Assembly (NCBI GenBank): GCA_008369845.1
Contig: MRSU01006864.1
Span: 1-64,000, forward strand
Direction of reading: 5' to 3'
Origin: Trichomonas gallinae
Lineage: Eukaryota
Length of the DNA: 64,000 bases
Below the pieces are notes generated by a model that made no database searches, had not been told where the DNA came from, and saw only the letters and a program-made list of their open reading frames with translations. This document shows, in pieces, positions 42,428 to 54,028 of this stretch. The first letter of the stretch is position 1. Each line of letters starts with the position of its first letter. A program made the translations under genes and the position numbers.

Positions 42428-43495
42428 TGACTGCGAATCCTTGGAATGAATTAGTCATGAAAATCATTATCCCATAAATGAAATATATCAGATTGAAAAT
42501 TCAAGAAAGAACCAGAAACGCACACTGAAAACCATTTTAAAGCATCAAACTTCATTTTATGCAACATAATATCAGATTGTGAAAGGAAGAATGAGCCTAA
42601 CACTTTCGCACCGGGCCAATATGAAGTCTTTAATTTAGTTTTTTATAATTTCACATCACGTGCTATTTATTTTTCAGTATACGACAGGACCAGCAAATTT
42701 TTTATTGAATACTGCTCATTTTTGTACATTACAAGTAATAAAATTGACTATGAGGATGGCGGCGCTGTTTATCTTGGTGAAACGGGAGAAATTGCTTTCT
42801 CTCGAGTCAATGGAATTTATTGCAGTTGTAATGATAGAGTTGGTCATTTTTCATATACAGTCACTGAAAGTTTCAAAAATTCATTTAATTATTCGAGTTT
42901 ATCTTCATGCTGTACTGAAATGATAGGATCTTATGCTTCCGGTTTTTATTATGGATATCAAGAGATGTCAGACACAAACATTTCAGATTGCAAAGGAAGA
43001 AAAGCAGGCATTGGTTTTTATGACGGATACTCAAAATCATTCGTTCAATTATCAAATTTTTATAATCAAACAGCAGATTACAATTCATATGATTTATTTT
43101 TTGGTTTGACCATCAAATGCAACTACATTCGAAATTCTGTAGGATATTTGATATCTTCAAACGAAGTCAATCTTTTCGTAGAAAACTGTAATATTTTAAA
43201 CAATACAGCAAAAGTTTTGTTTTATGCTATACGAGGCACAAAAATTACAGTGATTAATTGCTGTTTATTTGAAAGTAATTCATATACTAATCTAACATCA
43301 GGCTCTTTATTTTATTCATTCGATCTAAGCAGAATGAATGGTAGCTCCTGCCCACAAGAATTTCATTTTGAGCCAGTTTCTCCAGTTTGTATAACATGTA
43401 AATTAATAATTAAAGGTCAGCCCAGACCAAATAGCATAAAATCATCTTCTAATTATCTTTTGATGCTTGTGCACGAGATCACATTATATGGGTAA
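42428..43495 (+). pseudogene. 5'-disrupted Asn/Cys/Ser-rich putative surface protein (Pmp-like GGAVY motif)
   Basis: The frame is open from 42497 to 43495 but has no ATG until 42920. An upstream ATG at 42428 (MTANPWNE) is closed by a stop after 16 codons. Confidence 0.55.
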
Positions 43496-44007
43496 CTCAT
43501 TTTTTACAAAATTTATCATTATTCAAACCTGCGTAATTGAACCCAACCAAATTTTCCTTATATCAATGTGCGAATATGAAGTTTAACGAAAAATAAAACG
43601 TCATATATATTTAGAAATATCCAAATAGGCTATGATCCATATTTTTTTGCATAATTGATAATGTATTTACACTCTTTTTCATTTCAAAGAAATCTTTCAA
43701 AATGCGATCGCATAATGCTTTATTTTAGAGCTAATATTAAAAATTTTAAAATATGAAAAAATCAGACCGAATGCTGATGTAAATCAATTTGAAAATAAAT
43801 TATATTATTATTGACAACTGTATTTTGTTTCATTTTCAAAGTTTATTTATTGTTAAAATTTATTTTTGAATTTGGCAAAAATTAAGCAGAAATTCTAAAT
43901 AATTGCATTATAAAAACGCCAAATCTTTTGTAAAAACAATTTTTCTTCATCAAAACTTGACGTTAATTGACACTTTTGAAGAAATTTTCGTTACAAAAAA
44001 AAAAATC

Positions 44008-46818
44008 ATGAAAGGGAATCCAGAAAACGCGCGAGTGAATGCAGACAAGGCTGTGCATGACGAGATGGTCTACGTCTTTCGTGAGCTTTCAGAAGAATTC
44101 CATGATCATCCTATTATTCAGTCTAAATTAGCGTCTTTTTCACGAATGTTGACAGAACTTAACTATGCGTGTGATAAAAACGCTATTCTTGTCGATAAAT
44201 GCGTGCATTTTAACGAAGAATTAATGCAAAAAGCACAAACAGTGAAAGATATCATTTACCAAATTAAAGATGATAAAGAAGTCATCGACAAACTCAAGCA
44301 GGAATTCGAGCGTGTCTCTAAACGGATGGAGAGGTTCGAAGCGAAGGATAAATACAACCAAAGCATTGTTTCTGATTTGAAATCAAATTTTGAAGTCACG
44401 TATAACATTTCTAACCAAAAAATCCAAGAAGATATGAAGAATGAGGAACAACGAAAAGAAAATCAGTCGATTAAAGATGAAATAGAAGAAAATAAAAACA
44501 AAATTAAGGAAATTCAAGAACAAATTAAAAACGCGAATTCTGTCTACAACGCACTCAAGCAGGAAGTCAAGGAAGTCAGTGACACTATTAATTCACTAAA
44601 TAAAGAAATTAATGACGCTACAAATCTACAACAAGAAATGAACCAAGAAAATCTTGAATCTTTTCCAAAAATGAAGACACTTAGTGCTACTATAGAAGAA
44701 TCTGAAGCTCATCTTGATGAACTCTTTCAAACTGTTAAAAATTATAAAATTGATCCAGAATTAAACAAACAACTCTCGATTTTAAATATCCAGAAGCAGT
44801 CTGCACAATCTGAAGCACAATATCATGTCACTTCTATCTCAATTCGTAAAAATCGATTAGAATTAATTCGAAAGAAGAATGCAGAGACAGAAGCATACGT
44901 TACAAGGATCAAAAACAAGATCCAGAAGCATGATAATTCATTAGAAAAGTATAGAACAGAGTTAAATGGACAATTAAAAATTAGATCTCAAATTGAGCCG
45001 AAATATCAGGAAGTTGAAGGCATCAGACAAAACCTGAAAGCAGAGAAAAACAAGATTAAAAAACAATCTAAAGAATTAATGAAGAATGTTGTTTCATTAG
45101 GATTCCAAAACGTAAAAGTCAACAATGACAAGAAAACAGACGAGAGACATATTGTCACAGAAAAGATGGTGATGCAAGCAATAGAAAAAGACATGGTAAC
45201 CGAGAATTTTAAAGCAAAAGAAATTCAAAATCAGTCTAGTATTTTAATGAGCGAATCCATGGCCTGCAGAGTTGACGCACAAGACATGAAAGAAACAGCT
45301 TCAAGGCTTTTAGTCGAAATAAACAATATCCAGACAGAAGAACATAAAGCAAAAATGCAGTTAAGGTCAATGGTCCAAGAAACTCAAAATCTCAACGAGC
45401 AGTGTGAAGCAGCATCACAGACTCTCCAAGATATAAAGAACAACACAGCCAAGCAATCGCAAATAGTAGAGAGATTAAGACAAGAGAAAATAGCTTTCGA
45501 GAAAATGGTGGAATCAGCAACAGCAGAAACTGATGTTTTGCAGCGCCAATTTAATGAGTTAATTGTAAACATCCGCGCAATGACAGAACGCATAGACCAC
45601 TTAATAGCGATGAGCTGCAAGTACCATGAAGCGTCGAGAGTCATCAAGGAGGCAAACGTTGTCATTCAAGAGATGAATGAGCAAACAAGAGAAGGATTTA
45701 AATCTAGTGAAAAAATTAACCAGCAGCTTGTCAACGATGCAGTGAAACTCCAGAGCCTTTTGGAGAAGAGCGCGTGGGATTTCAGACAGCAGAAGAAAGA
45801 GTTCGTGATGCTTAACAACTCATACCAAATTGTTGTGCAGCAGTGCAGAGAAAAAGGAGCAAAAATAGAAACATTGAGAAGTGAAATAAAATCACTGAAC
45901 ACAATGTTGCAAAAATCTAAGCAGCAGTACTTAAATAAGATCGATGAGCTCAAGAAACTCGAAAAGGACTACAACTACTACATGGACATCAACGACAGCT
46001 TAATTGATCTCAACAACTACACAGTCGAACTTAAAGAAAAAGACAAAAAGTTGTCAGAAGCTTTGCAAGGACAAAGACTCAGGCGCACAAATATCGTTGA
46101 AGAGCTCAAAGTCCCGAGAAACGTTCACAGATACACAGTCATGGCTGCAACCAAGCCGGAACTCGCGAAACAATATAAGTATCTCTGGTATTTAAGGCAA
46201 AGATACGTTGAAACACTTGTCGCACTCGATAAAGTGAAACAACAGAAAAACGATTTGGAAGAAAAGCTCAAGAGAAAAGAGCAAATTGAAGAATGCGTGA
46301 ATCTGACTTCTCAGGAGGTCATGGACAGAATAAAAGTCTACGAAGACGCAATAAGAGAGAAAGACAGACAGCTTGCTGAGATGAACTTAGAAATCAGAGG
46401 AAATTCAGTGGATATAGATCAGGAAGACTACAACTGCAGCTCAGCAAGGAACCAATTGATGAAGACGAAGGAAGCTGCAGCAACAATGAGAGCGAGGAAC
46501 ATGAAGATCCAAATGAGCGAAAGCGAAGATGAGCCATATTTCATCACAGAGCCATCTTCTGCGTGCGTTACAACTTTCGGTGGTGGATTCACACCAAGAT
46601 TGCCTGAATCAGCTCGAGATTCAAAGAGATTCACAGGAAGAAACTTAAATCCTAAAGAAGTTGAAAATATTGACTTCTCCAATCCTATGTTAAGAGGTCA
46701 GCGCGCGCTCCTATATATGCCAAACATGAGGAGAAGCACGAGGAACATGACAAACGGTAAAAGGATGAAATCCCCGCCACATACTGCCAGAGTCATCAGG
46801 CAGTCTATTGTTATTTGA
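44008..46818 (+). CDS. CFAP58/CCDC147-like flagellar coiled-coil protein
   Basis: EELKVPRNVHRY resembles CFAP58 EELENPxNVHRW. N-terminal FRELSEEF..LVDKCVHFNEEL also fits. The first ATG is at 44008. Confidence 0.7.
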   Translation: MKGNPENARVNADKAVHDEMVYVFRELSEEFHDHPIIQSKLASFSRMLTELNYACDKNAILVDKCVHFNEELMQKAQTVKDIIYQIKDDKEVIDKLKQEFERVSKRMERFEAKDKYNQSIVSDLKSNFEVTYNISNQKIQEDMKNEEQRKENQSIKDEIEENKNKIKEIQEQIKNANSVYNALKQEVKEVSDTINSLNKEINDATNLQQEMNQENLESFPKMKTLSATIEESEAHLDELFQTVKNYKIDPELNKQLSILNIQKQSAQSEAQYHVTSISIRKNRLELIRKKNAETEAYVTRIKNKIQKHDNSLEKYRTELNGQLKIRSQIEPKYQEVEGIRQNLKAEKNKIKKQSKELMKNVVSLGFQNVKVNNDKKTDERHIVTEKMVMQAIEKDMVTENFKAKEIQNQSSILMSESMACRVDAQDMKETASRLLVEINNIQTEEHKAKMQLRSMVQETQNLNEQCEAASQTLQDIKNNTAKQSQIVERLRQEKIAFEKMVESATAETDVLQRQFNELIVNIRAMTERIDHLIAMSCKYHEASRVIKEANVVIQEMNEQTREGFKSSEKINQQLVNDAVKLQSLLEKSAWDFRQQKKEFVMLNNSYQIVVQQCREKGAKIETLRSEIKSLNTMLQKSKQQYLNKIDELKKLEKDYNYYMDINDSLIDLNNYTVELKEKDKKLSEALQGQRLRRTNIVEELKVPRNVHRYTVMAATKPELAKQYKYLWYLRQRYVETLVALDKVKQQKNDLEEKLKRKEQIEECVNLTSQEVMDRIKVYEDAIREKDRQLAEMNLEIRGNSVDIDQEDYNCSSARNQLMKTKEAAATMRARNMKIQMSESEDEPYFITEPSSACVTTFGGGFTPRLPESARDSKRFTGRNLNPKEVENIDFSNPMLRGQRALLYMPNMRRSTRNMTNGKRMKSPPHTARVIRQSIVI

Positions 46819-47538
46819 TTTTTTGTATGTTTAGTTTAAAAAATATTTGATTTGTTTGTATTAACTCTATCTCGGCTTTTTGCTATATTCGTAATCTCAA
46901 AAACAATGAAAAATGAAAACTCAAATGTAATTAGCGACATTCTGATAATGAAAATCTCAAAAATAAAGAAGAAGTCATTCTCTTGTTGAAAGTTTTTCAA
47001 TATGGCTGCAATATGTTCAGTAAAATCATCTGATTAATGTGTTGACTTTCTTATGATTCAATATGGCTGTAATCTTTTCAATAATGCAGATGATTTGTGT
47101 CAATCTTGATGAAATATAAAGTTAGTTTTGATCTTTATAGAAATTTGAATTAGCTCCTAGATATATAGTGCCCAGGAGAACATGCTTGTACAAAGTATAA
47201 GAAGGATTGATATATATTCGGCGCTAATATTTAAGGTAAAATCAGTCATGATTAATAATCTTAAGTGCAATCTCCTTCAATAATCTCGCTCTATAATGAT
47301 ATAAAAAAAAAAAGAATGATGCGCACTAAAAACCTTAAAATTGAACACCCATATTTATACAGTAGCATATACACATCATAGGGATGTTATGTTTCAGATG
47401 GATCACGAATCTATAAATTTAAATAATTTGAGAGCAGAGTCGAATGTAAATTTATTAAGGGGCTTAAAAACTATAAAAGGGTCGATTACGATGAACCTTA
47501 AATGTTGTGAATTTTGTCAAATCGGATTAAATAATAAA

Positions 47539-47868
47539 ATGAGCGACAAAGTTCTTACTTCCAGCAAAATTGTTAAAACTGGCTGGGGAGTAAAACAAGG
47601 GTCGAGAGTGAAAAACTGGAAAAGACGATGGTTCGTATTATTAAGCAACGGAATACTTAGATATTTCGAAGATAAAATATCATACGTAGAAAAAGGCCGT
47701 TACGAGTTAAACAAACAAACAACTTTTAGTGTATCATGCGCTTCAAGCGAGGGATTTCCTATTGCTATTGTAAATAAACAGCGAACTTTAAATATCAATT
47801 TTCAAACTCGCGATGAAGCGGACGATTGGGTAAGGGTGCTCACTGATGTTAAGAATGTACTCAAATGA
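47539..47868 (+). CDS. Stand-alone PH domain protein (109 aa)
   Basis: VKTGWGVKQGSRVKNWKRRWFVL..LRYF..EADDWVRVL. The ATG at 47539 immediately precedes the domain. Confidence 0.85.
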   Translation: MSDKVLTSSKIVKTGWGVKQGSRVKNWKRRWFVLLSNGILRYFEDKISYVEKGRYELNKQTTFSVSCASSEGFPIAIVNKQRTLNINFQTRDEADDWVRVLTDVKNVLK

Positions 47869-48471
47869 TCATTTATCCAAATGTATGCTTACAAAAAAAA
47901 AATCAAATTTTCTCCAGACGATTTCTATATCGTTCGATTATCATGCATATGATTTTGATGCGTGTATTCTACTATCCATGAATTAGTTTATAGACATATG
48001 TTAAATTTATGAATTGAGTTTTGTAAATTTTGTTATTATTATAGAATCCCTATATTGTCATGATGCTATATTATTTGATACTATCAGAGTATTGATTAAA
48101 AACGTTGATATCCAATATTTATTTTATAACATTAATAACTCGGTCTATATTCAATGTACAGTACTTTCTCCAGGTGTATATACCAATGTGAATGTTATTT
48201 ATCCTCATTTTCGTGTATTATATTGAGAAATACTTGAAAGTCCATATTCTAACTGTGAACAATAGTATCTATATATTGATTCATTACTGTATTACTATTT
48301 ACAGTATAAACAATATGTTTAAGTTATATGTTTTCGGTAGAAAGCAAATGATCAAAAAAATATTTACTCTGGAATAGACTATTTACAGCATTATCAAAAT
48401 TTACTTATTAAAATATGTTAAAGAGTTATATAAACAATAAATAATTTTAAACACAAATTATATTAAAGAAA

Positions 48472-49152
48472 TTAATGAGCTTCATTATCAGTTGGAGGTG
48501 GCTGCTCTCCTGTTTGTATTGCTGCGCCTTGTTCTAGTTTTGTAACAATAGCATCAGTATCAGTATTGAAATCAAGTAAAGCAAGGTCTTCCATGAAATT
48601 TGACCACTGTTCTAATGCTTTTGCTGCAAATTCCATCTGCGCGTGAGCATATTCGCGAAGACATCTTCTCATCTCAACATTATACTGAGTGTACCAGGTT
48701 CTAGCTTCTTGCATAGCAAGGTTATTAGCTCCCTGTGCTGTGATACGGGATTGTACTGCCTTCTGATCGCCTGGTTGTGCATTAGTTTGTGTCTGTAAAA
48801 TCCTCAAGGATTCGGAACGTTTCGATAATGATGTTTGGAGTCCTTGAGCTGGTTTTGATTGATTGATAAGAGTTGTTTGCGCTAAAGCATCGATTCTTTG
48901 GTATAATGCTTTTCTCAGGAACTCAACTCTGCCTAAAATAGTTGAAAAACCAATAAGTGACGCATGCACGGCATCAAACTGGTTTGTTGCAGCCTTTTCG
49001 ACGCCATCAGCGAATTCTTCAGATAAAGCACCAACTGATCTTCCCTTTTGATTTGCTGCTTTCATGACTTTTCTAACGGTTTCTGCTTTTAGACGGACAG
49101 CGACAACGCTTTCTTCGATTCTCTTCGTGATTTCATCAGATGCTTTAGACAT
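48472..49152 (-). CDS. BAR-domain protein, FAM92/CIBAR-like
   Basis: All-helical 226 aa. MRRCLREYAHAQMEFAAKALEQW..LDFNTDTDAI resembles the FAM92 C-terminal helix (EF..IEMLFHGKALE..IDEDED). Confidence 0.6.
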   Translation of the reverse strand: MSKASDEITKRIEESVVAVRLKAETVRKVMKAANQKGRSVGALSEEFADGVEKAATNQFDAVHASLIGFSTILGRVEFLRKALYQRIDALAQTTLINQSKPAQGLQTSLSKRSESLRILQTQTNAQPGDQKAVQSRITAQGANNLAMQEARTWYTQYNVEMRRCLREYAHAQMEFAAKALEQWSNFMEDLALLDFNTDTDAIVTKLEQGAAIQTGEQPPPTDNEAH

Positions 49153-49289
49153 TGTTATAAAATTTTAAACTTATTGACCCTATTTTTCAAAATCAACCCC
49201 TATTTATTTACATGTCAAAACTATGTTTATTTGTCAATTTTAAATACTCTATGCACTTTACATAAAAATAAATAACATGATAGTGGTTT

Positions 49290-49460
49290 CACTTTTTGCT
49301 AACAATGTTTGGAGCAAAAACGTCTAGAAAAGGAGATTTTTAAAAAATTTGAGAATCATAAAATTTTGACAAAAAGTGTTATAGTCTGACATGTAAATCA
49401 TACAAATATTGCCTAAATATGACAATCCGTCATGTAAAAAATATAACCTCTTGTTTTATA
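49290..49460 (+). repeat. Dispersed ~150 bp non-coding repeat, copy A
   Basis: AAAAACGTCTAGAAAA..ATTTTGACAAAA..TGACATGTAAATCATACAAA..CTAAATATGACAA..GTCATGTAAAA matches 57250-57425. Confidence 0.85.
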
Positions 49461-49565
49461 GAATACATGAGAGAAACTAAACCTTATACATTCGATTTCT
49501 TCTCAATAGGGGGCATCTTAGGTCAATCAGTTTATATATAATATTTAAAATGGTGCGGGCACCTG

Positions 49566-49625
49566 GTCTTCCCAGCGGAATCCTTCTAAATTAAGGTTAT
49601 ACATACAAGAGAGCCATAAGAGTCA
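49566..49625 (+). pseudogene. Relic of unknown multicopy coding sequence, copy 3
   Basis: Reads LPSGILLN*GYTYKRAIRV and is a gap-free 60-nt match to 33746 and 34749. Confidence 0.55.
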
Positions 49626-49972
49626 GTGACTCATTTATATATATATAGAATTTCTTGCTGTCGCGCCCGTTGTTACTCATAAAAGTGACAAAGATACGAA
49701 AATAACTGTAACTTTCTATTTTTTGTGTATTTTTCGATCGTATTACGATAATTGGTTATTATTGACATCCATAAACCAAAATATCTAAACCACATTATAA
49801 AAAACTGTTTTCTAAACCATAATTCTTCATTTCATTGAACGCGCCGATAATTTATATAATTAACCCGACGTTCACCATCTATACAATGAGCACATTATAG
49901 ATATAACAAAATCAGAAAGATACAAAACTGCAGAAAGAAAATTTGATAATGATCAGATTTTATCAAAATCTT

Positions 49973-52900
49973 ATGTTTCGATCTTCGATTTTTTATAGGC
50001 AACTGCTTGATAAAAGCTGTTATATCAGTGGCTCAAGCGATGAGAAGTCTATAACAATAACAAGCACGGACCAATTCAATGACAAAGAAATATATAATCA
50101 AATCATATCTCAAAACATACGAAAAGCTATATTAACGGTGCCAAAACTTGATAATGTTAAGTCTGCAATTTGGTTCTATATGATTGAAACAGTGGAAATC
50201 AGTGTTCCATCGCAAATAATTGTTCCAGAGAATTGTTTTAATGGAGCAAAGAACATTAAAAAGGTTATACTTGCTAGTAACATCCAAAGTATTGGTGAAA
50301 ATGCCTTCACAAATACAGGATTAACTAATATTAATCTCGATAATGTTAAAAGTATACATAATGGAGCCTTTTCATACTGTTACTATCTAGAACAAGTTGA
50401 TATAACGAATGTAGAAGAGTTTGGTACTAGTGTTTTCGAATATTCAGGCTTAAAATCTATTCAATTTTCAGATTCATTGACGTTTATTGCTAATCAAGTG
50501 TGTTACTCATGCTATTATCTCCAAAAGGTTATTTTTGGACCAAATGTTCAATTTATTGGCACCTCTGCTTTTCATGATTGTATTTCTTTAACTGAGATCG
50601 AAATTGACTATGAAATGCTTCACGGCATAGACTCTAGTGCGTTTTATAGGACGTCGCTGACTTATTTCAAATTCGGTAGCAATTTATCGAAATTTGCTTC
50701 TTCTGTATTTTATCAAACAATGCTTAAGACAATAGAGTTCGCTCCGCGTGCTGATGGATATTCATTGACTTTAATTGAAACATTCAAATTGTGCCAAAAT
50801 ATCAAAGAATTTACATTCATTGACGGAGTTTTTCCAGGAGACAAAGTATTTTGTGGCTGCTCAAGCTTAGAGTCAGTAAAACTCAACAATCAAATCACAA
50901 CGATACCAGACGCAGCATTTAGAGATTGTGCAAAATTAAAACAAATTAATCTTGATAATGTGCAAAGCATTGGAAGTATCGCATTCTTCCATTGCTATAA
51001 CCTAACTGTTGTGAATTTAACAAGCTGTTTGAACTTTGGCACGCTTTGTTTTAGAAATTGTTTTAATTTAGAACCAGTTGGCCTGGAAAATCATAATGAA
51101 CAGGTAACATTTGTTGAAAATGCTTCTATGGTTGCTCTAAGCTAGTTATTTCTAAAATTCCAAGCAATTACGTTCTCGCATCAGAAACATTCGGAAGATG
51201 CGAGGCAATTTCTTCTCTAGAGATATTTTTAACTGATGGACCAGATTATACAAGAGCATTCGTTGGATGTTTTGGTCTAAAGTCAGTAGTTATTGATCAA
51301 AATTCAAAACTCACCATAATTCCTGAAGGAATGTTCATGGGATGCAAAAATCTTGAGAGTGTAACGCTAGCTCCAAGTACAACAAGTATCATGACATATG
51401 CTTTCTTTGGTTGTAAGATTTCTAGTATTGATCTGAAAAATATTGTTGATCTTGATTTCTGTTGCTTTATGCGTACAAAACTTGAAAGTATTTCGTTGTA
51501 TCATGACTTTACACCTAATAGACAGTTCGAAAAGTGTTCAAATCTGAAGAAAATCAAATTATCAAATTCAATTTCCAAATTTTCAACTGAAGCATTCAAA
51601 TACTGCTATAATTTAGAGTTATTCGAGTTAGAGTCTGGTTCTAATTATACATTTAACGACAAATTGCTGATTTTTAAGCCTGAAAATAATTTAATTGCAT
51701 GTTTAACTGATAGCAAACGTAAATCATTGACAATTCCTTCTGAAGTTGCCAAGATTAAGTCATATGCATTCATGTTGAACACTTTTACCGAAGAAATCGT
51801 TGTTGATCATCTTATTATTTTCGATTCTGCTGCATTTGCGAACTTCATTAGCCTTAGAGCATTCACTTACAAGCCTAATACATTGGGATCCATTCCAACA
51901 GCAATGTTCCAAAATTGTTTTAATCTAAGAACAATAACAATGGAATCTAGACCTACAGAAGTTACTGGATATGCATTTCAGAACTGTTATAACCTAAAGT
52001 CAATAGATTTCTGCGCAAATTGCAGGAATTACGGTGCTTATGCATTCAGCAACTGCACGAATCTAGAAAATGTTAATTTGACAGCTGCAGAAGAAATTGG
52101 TTCATATGCTTTTGCCGATTGTGTGTTGATAACCAAATTATCTTTCGGAGATCATTATTTTTCAATTCAACCAGAAGCATTTTCGAATATAAGCATTACA
52201 GAGTTAAACTTATCATCACCATATATCACTGTTCAAATGAATGCATTCCAATATTGCTCAAAGCTTAGAAAATTATATCTAAATATGCCTGATGTTGACT
52301 TAAACTCGGTTTTCCTGAACTGCTCAATTGAGTATATATATTTGGGCAAAAATGTGAAGTCTTTCACTCATAAAATGTTCGTTGCATTTCAAACAAATAA
52401 TTGTACTATAGAAGTCTCTCCAGAAAACAAGTTTTATCGAGCAAATGGAAGGACTGTCGTAGATATTGGATATAATAGAATCACAAGCGCTGCTGTCCTT
52501 CAAAGTGACAAAGAATATCAAATTCCAACGGATTCTCAACTTTTCGAAGCCGGATTTGTACAACCAAATCAATTCTACTCTAATGGTTATCCAGTTTCGC
52601 ATGAGCCAACAATGCTAAAAATACCTGAAAACGTTTTAGATATTTTGAATTATACTGATCTTCCGCAAGTATACTCAGTATGCTATGGTGGTGATGAATT
52701 CTTCTCAGGTTCATATGGAAGGGATGAAGTCCGTATTTTCACTAAAGAAGATTATCCTTATCCAACATTATTCGAACATGAAGTTGAATTTACAGAATGT
52801 ACTGGATGGGTACCTCCGTTTATTAATGATCCTACAATTAGTAGTAGCATTGGAGGCAATGTTTTTGGTTTAACAAAGAATGAAATTCTTTTAATCATTA

Positions 52901-53043
52901 TTGTCGTTTTGGTTGGAAGCTGCTTCTTGGCATTCGTCATTTACTTCGTTGTTAAGTATAAGAAAGCTTGCAAGAGGAATCCAAACGATTCGAAATCACA
53001 AATCAAGCAGCCGAAATCAGACGAAGAATTTGTTATGGCATAA
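49973..53043 (+). pseudogene. BspA-like (TpLRR) transmembrane surface protein split by a single 1-nt frameshift
   Basis: TpLRR repeats (IGENAF, AFRDCAKL, AFQNCYNL) occur in both ORFs (49943-51145 and 51331-53043). Adding one T at 51124-51125 gives ENAFYGCSKL and one 1023 aa ORF with a C-terminal TM helix. Confidence 0.88.
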
Positions 53044-53559
53044 GTAATGCCATATCTTAGTTTATATTAGTGTAATTTTAGTTTTTTTCATGTTATATAA
53101 AATTTTGTTTTAGAATTAAGCATCTTTTCATGTATATCTATACTCACTATAGTCATTAGAATATGTTTATCCATGGAATATGTAGTATTCCCCAATTCAA
53201 AATTATAAATTTTCAAATCAATCTTATAAACTTACAAAATTGCTTTTCTTTGTACATTTTATTCATATCTATGACACCAGCACTGACCAATTTGTATGTC
53301 AAATTTCTGATTCTTTATTGAAAAAAGAGAAATTAGATTTTGAAAATTGTGAAACAGTGATTTCAAACCCTAAAATTATTACATTTGATAATGCATGAAG
53401 CGATGATATGACTTCCAACCGAAATCTGTGGTTTGATATCTGTGAGAAAGTAAAAAATGGAAATAATAATCGAACTTACGATTATTATCAATTCAAAATT
53501 TATGCTTGCAGGAATAAAAATAATCCTTTATTATTGTATTATACATTAATCATAAAATT

Positions 53560-53810
53560 ATCTGCGTTCGCGCCAGTAAAATCATTAATTATCATGCATA
53601 CGATTATTTTAAATACAAATTATATTTTAAAAACAAAAATAATCATATATTTTATATTTATTGTTTTTATTCAATTTTAATTTGCTTTCACGCCCGTATA
53701 TATTAATTTCGATTATTTTCAATCCAAAAAATTATTTAAAGAGAAAATACATTTTTGGGTTATAATGATTGTTTTTATATACTTTTTAATTGCTTTCACG
53801 CCCGTAATAA
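53560..53810. repeat. Degenerate ~108-120 bp repeat upstream of the Akt-like gene
   Basis: TGCTTTCACGCCCGTA at 53683 and 53791, with the variant TGCGTTCGCGCCAGTA at 53563. Confidence 0.75.
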
Positions 53811-54028
53811 CATGGAAAAAATAATTTTAGATGAATTTACATTATTTTTGATGCATTTTTTATGTTATACTGTGGTGATACAGATATCGATTTTATTAGA
53901 ATCGAGCAAAATAAATTGACACTTTTTATTCCTCACTTTTCATTTTTTGAGAAATTCATAAGAGTCTAAAAACAACTGAGGAAATCATGAACGAAATAAT
54001 TTACACTCCATAAAAAAAATTTTTTTAG

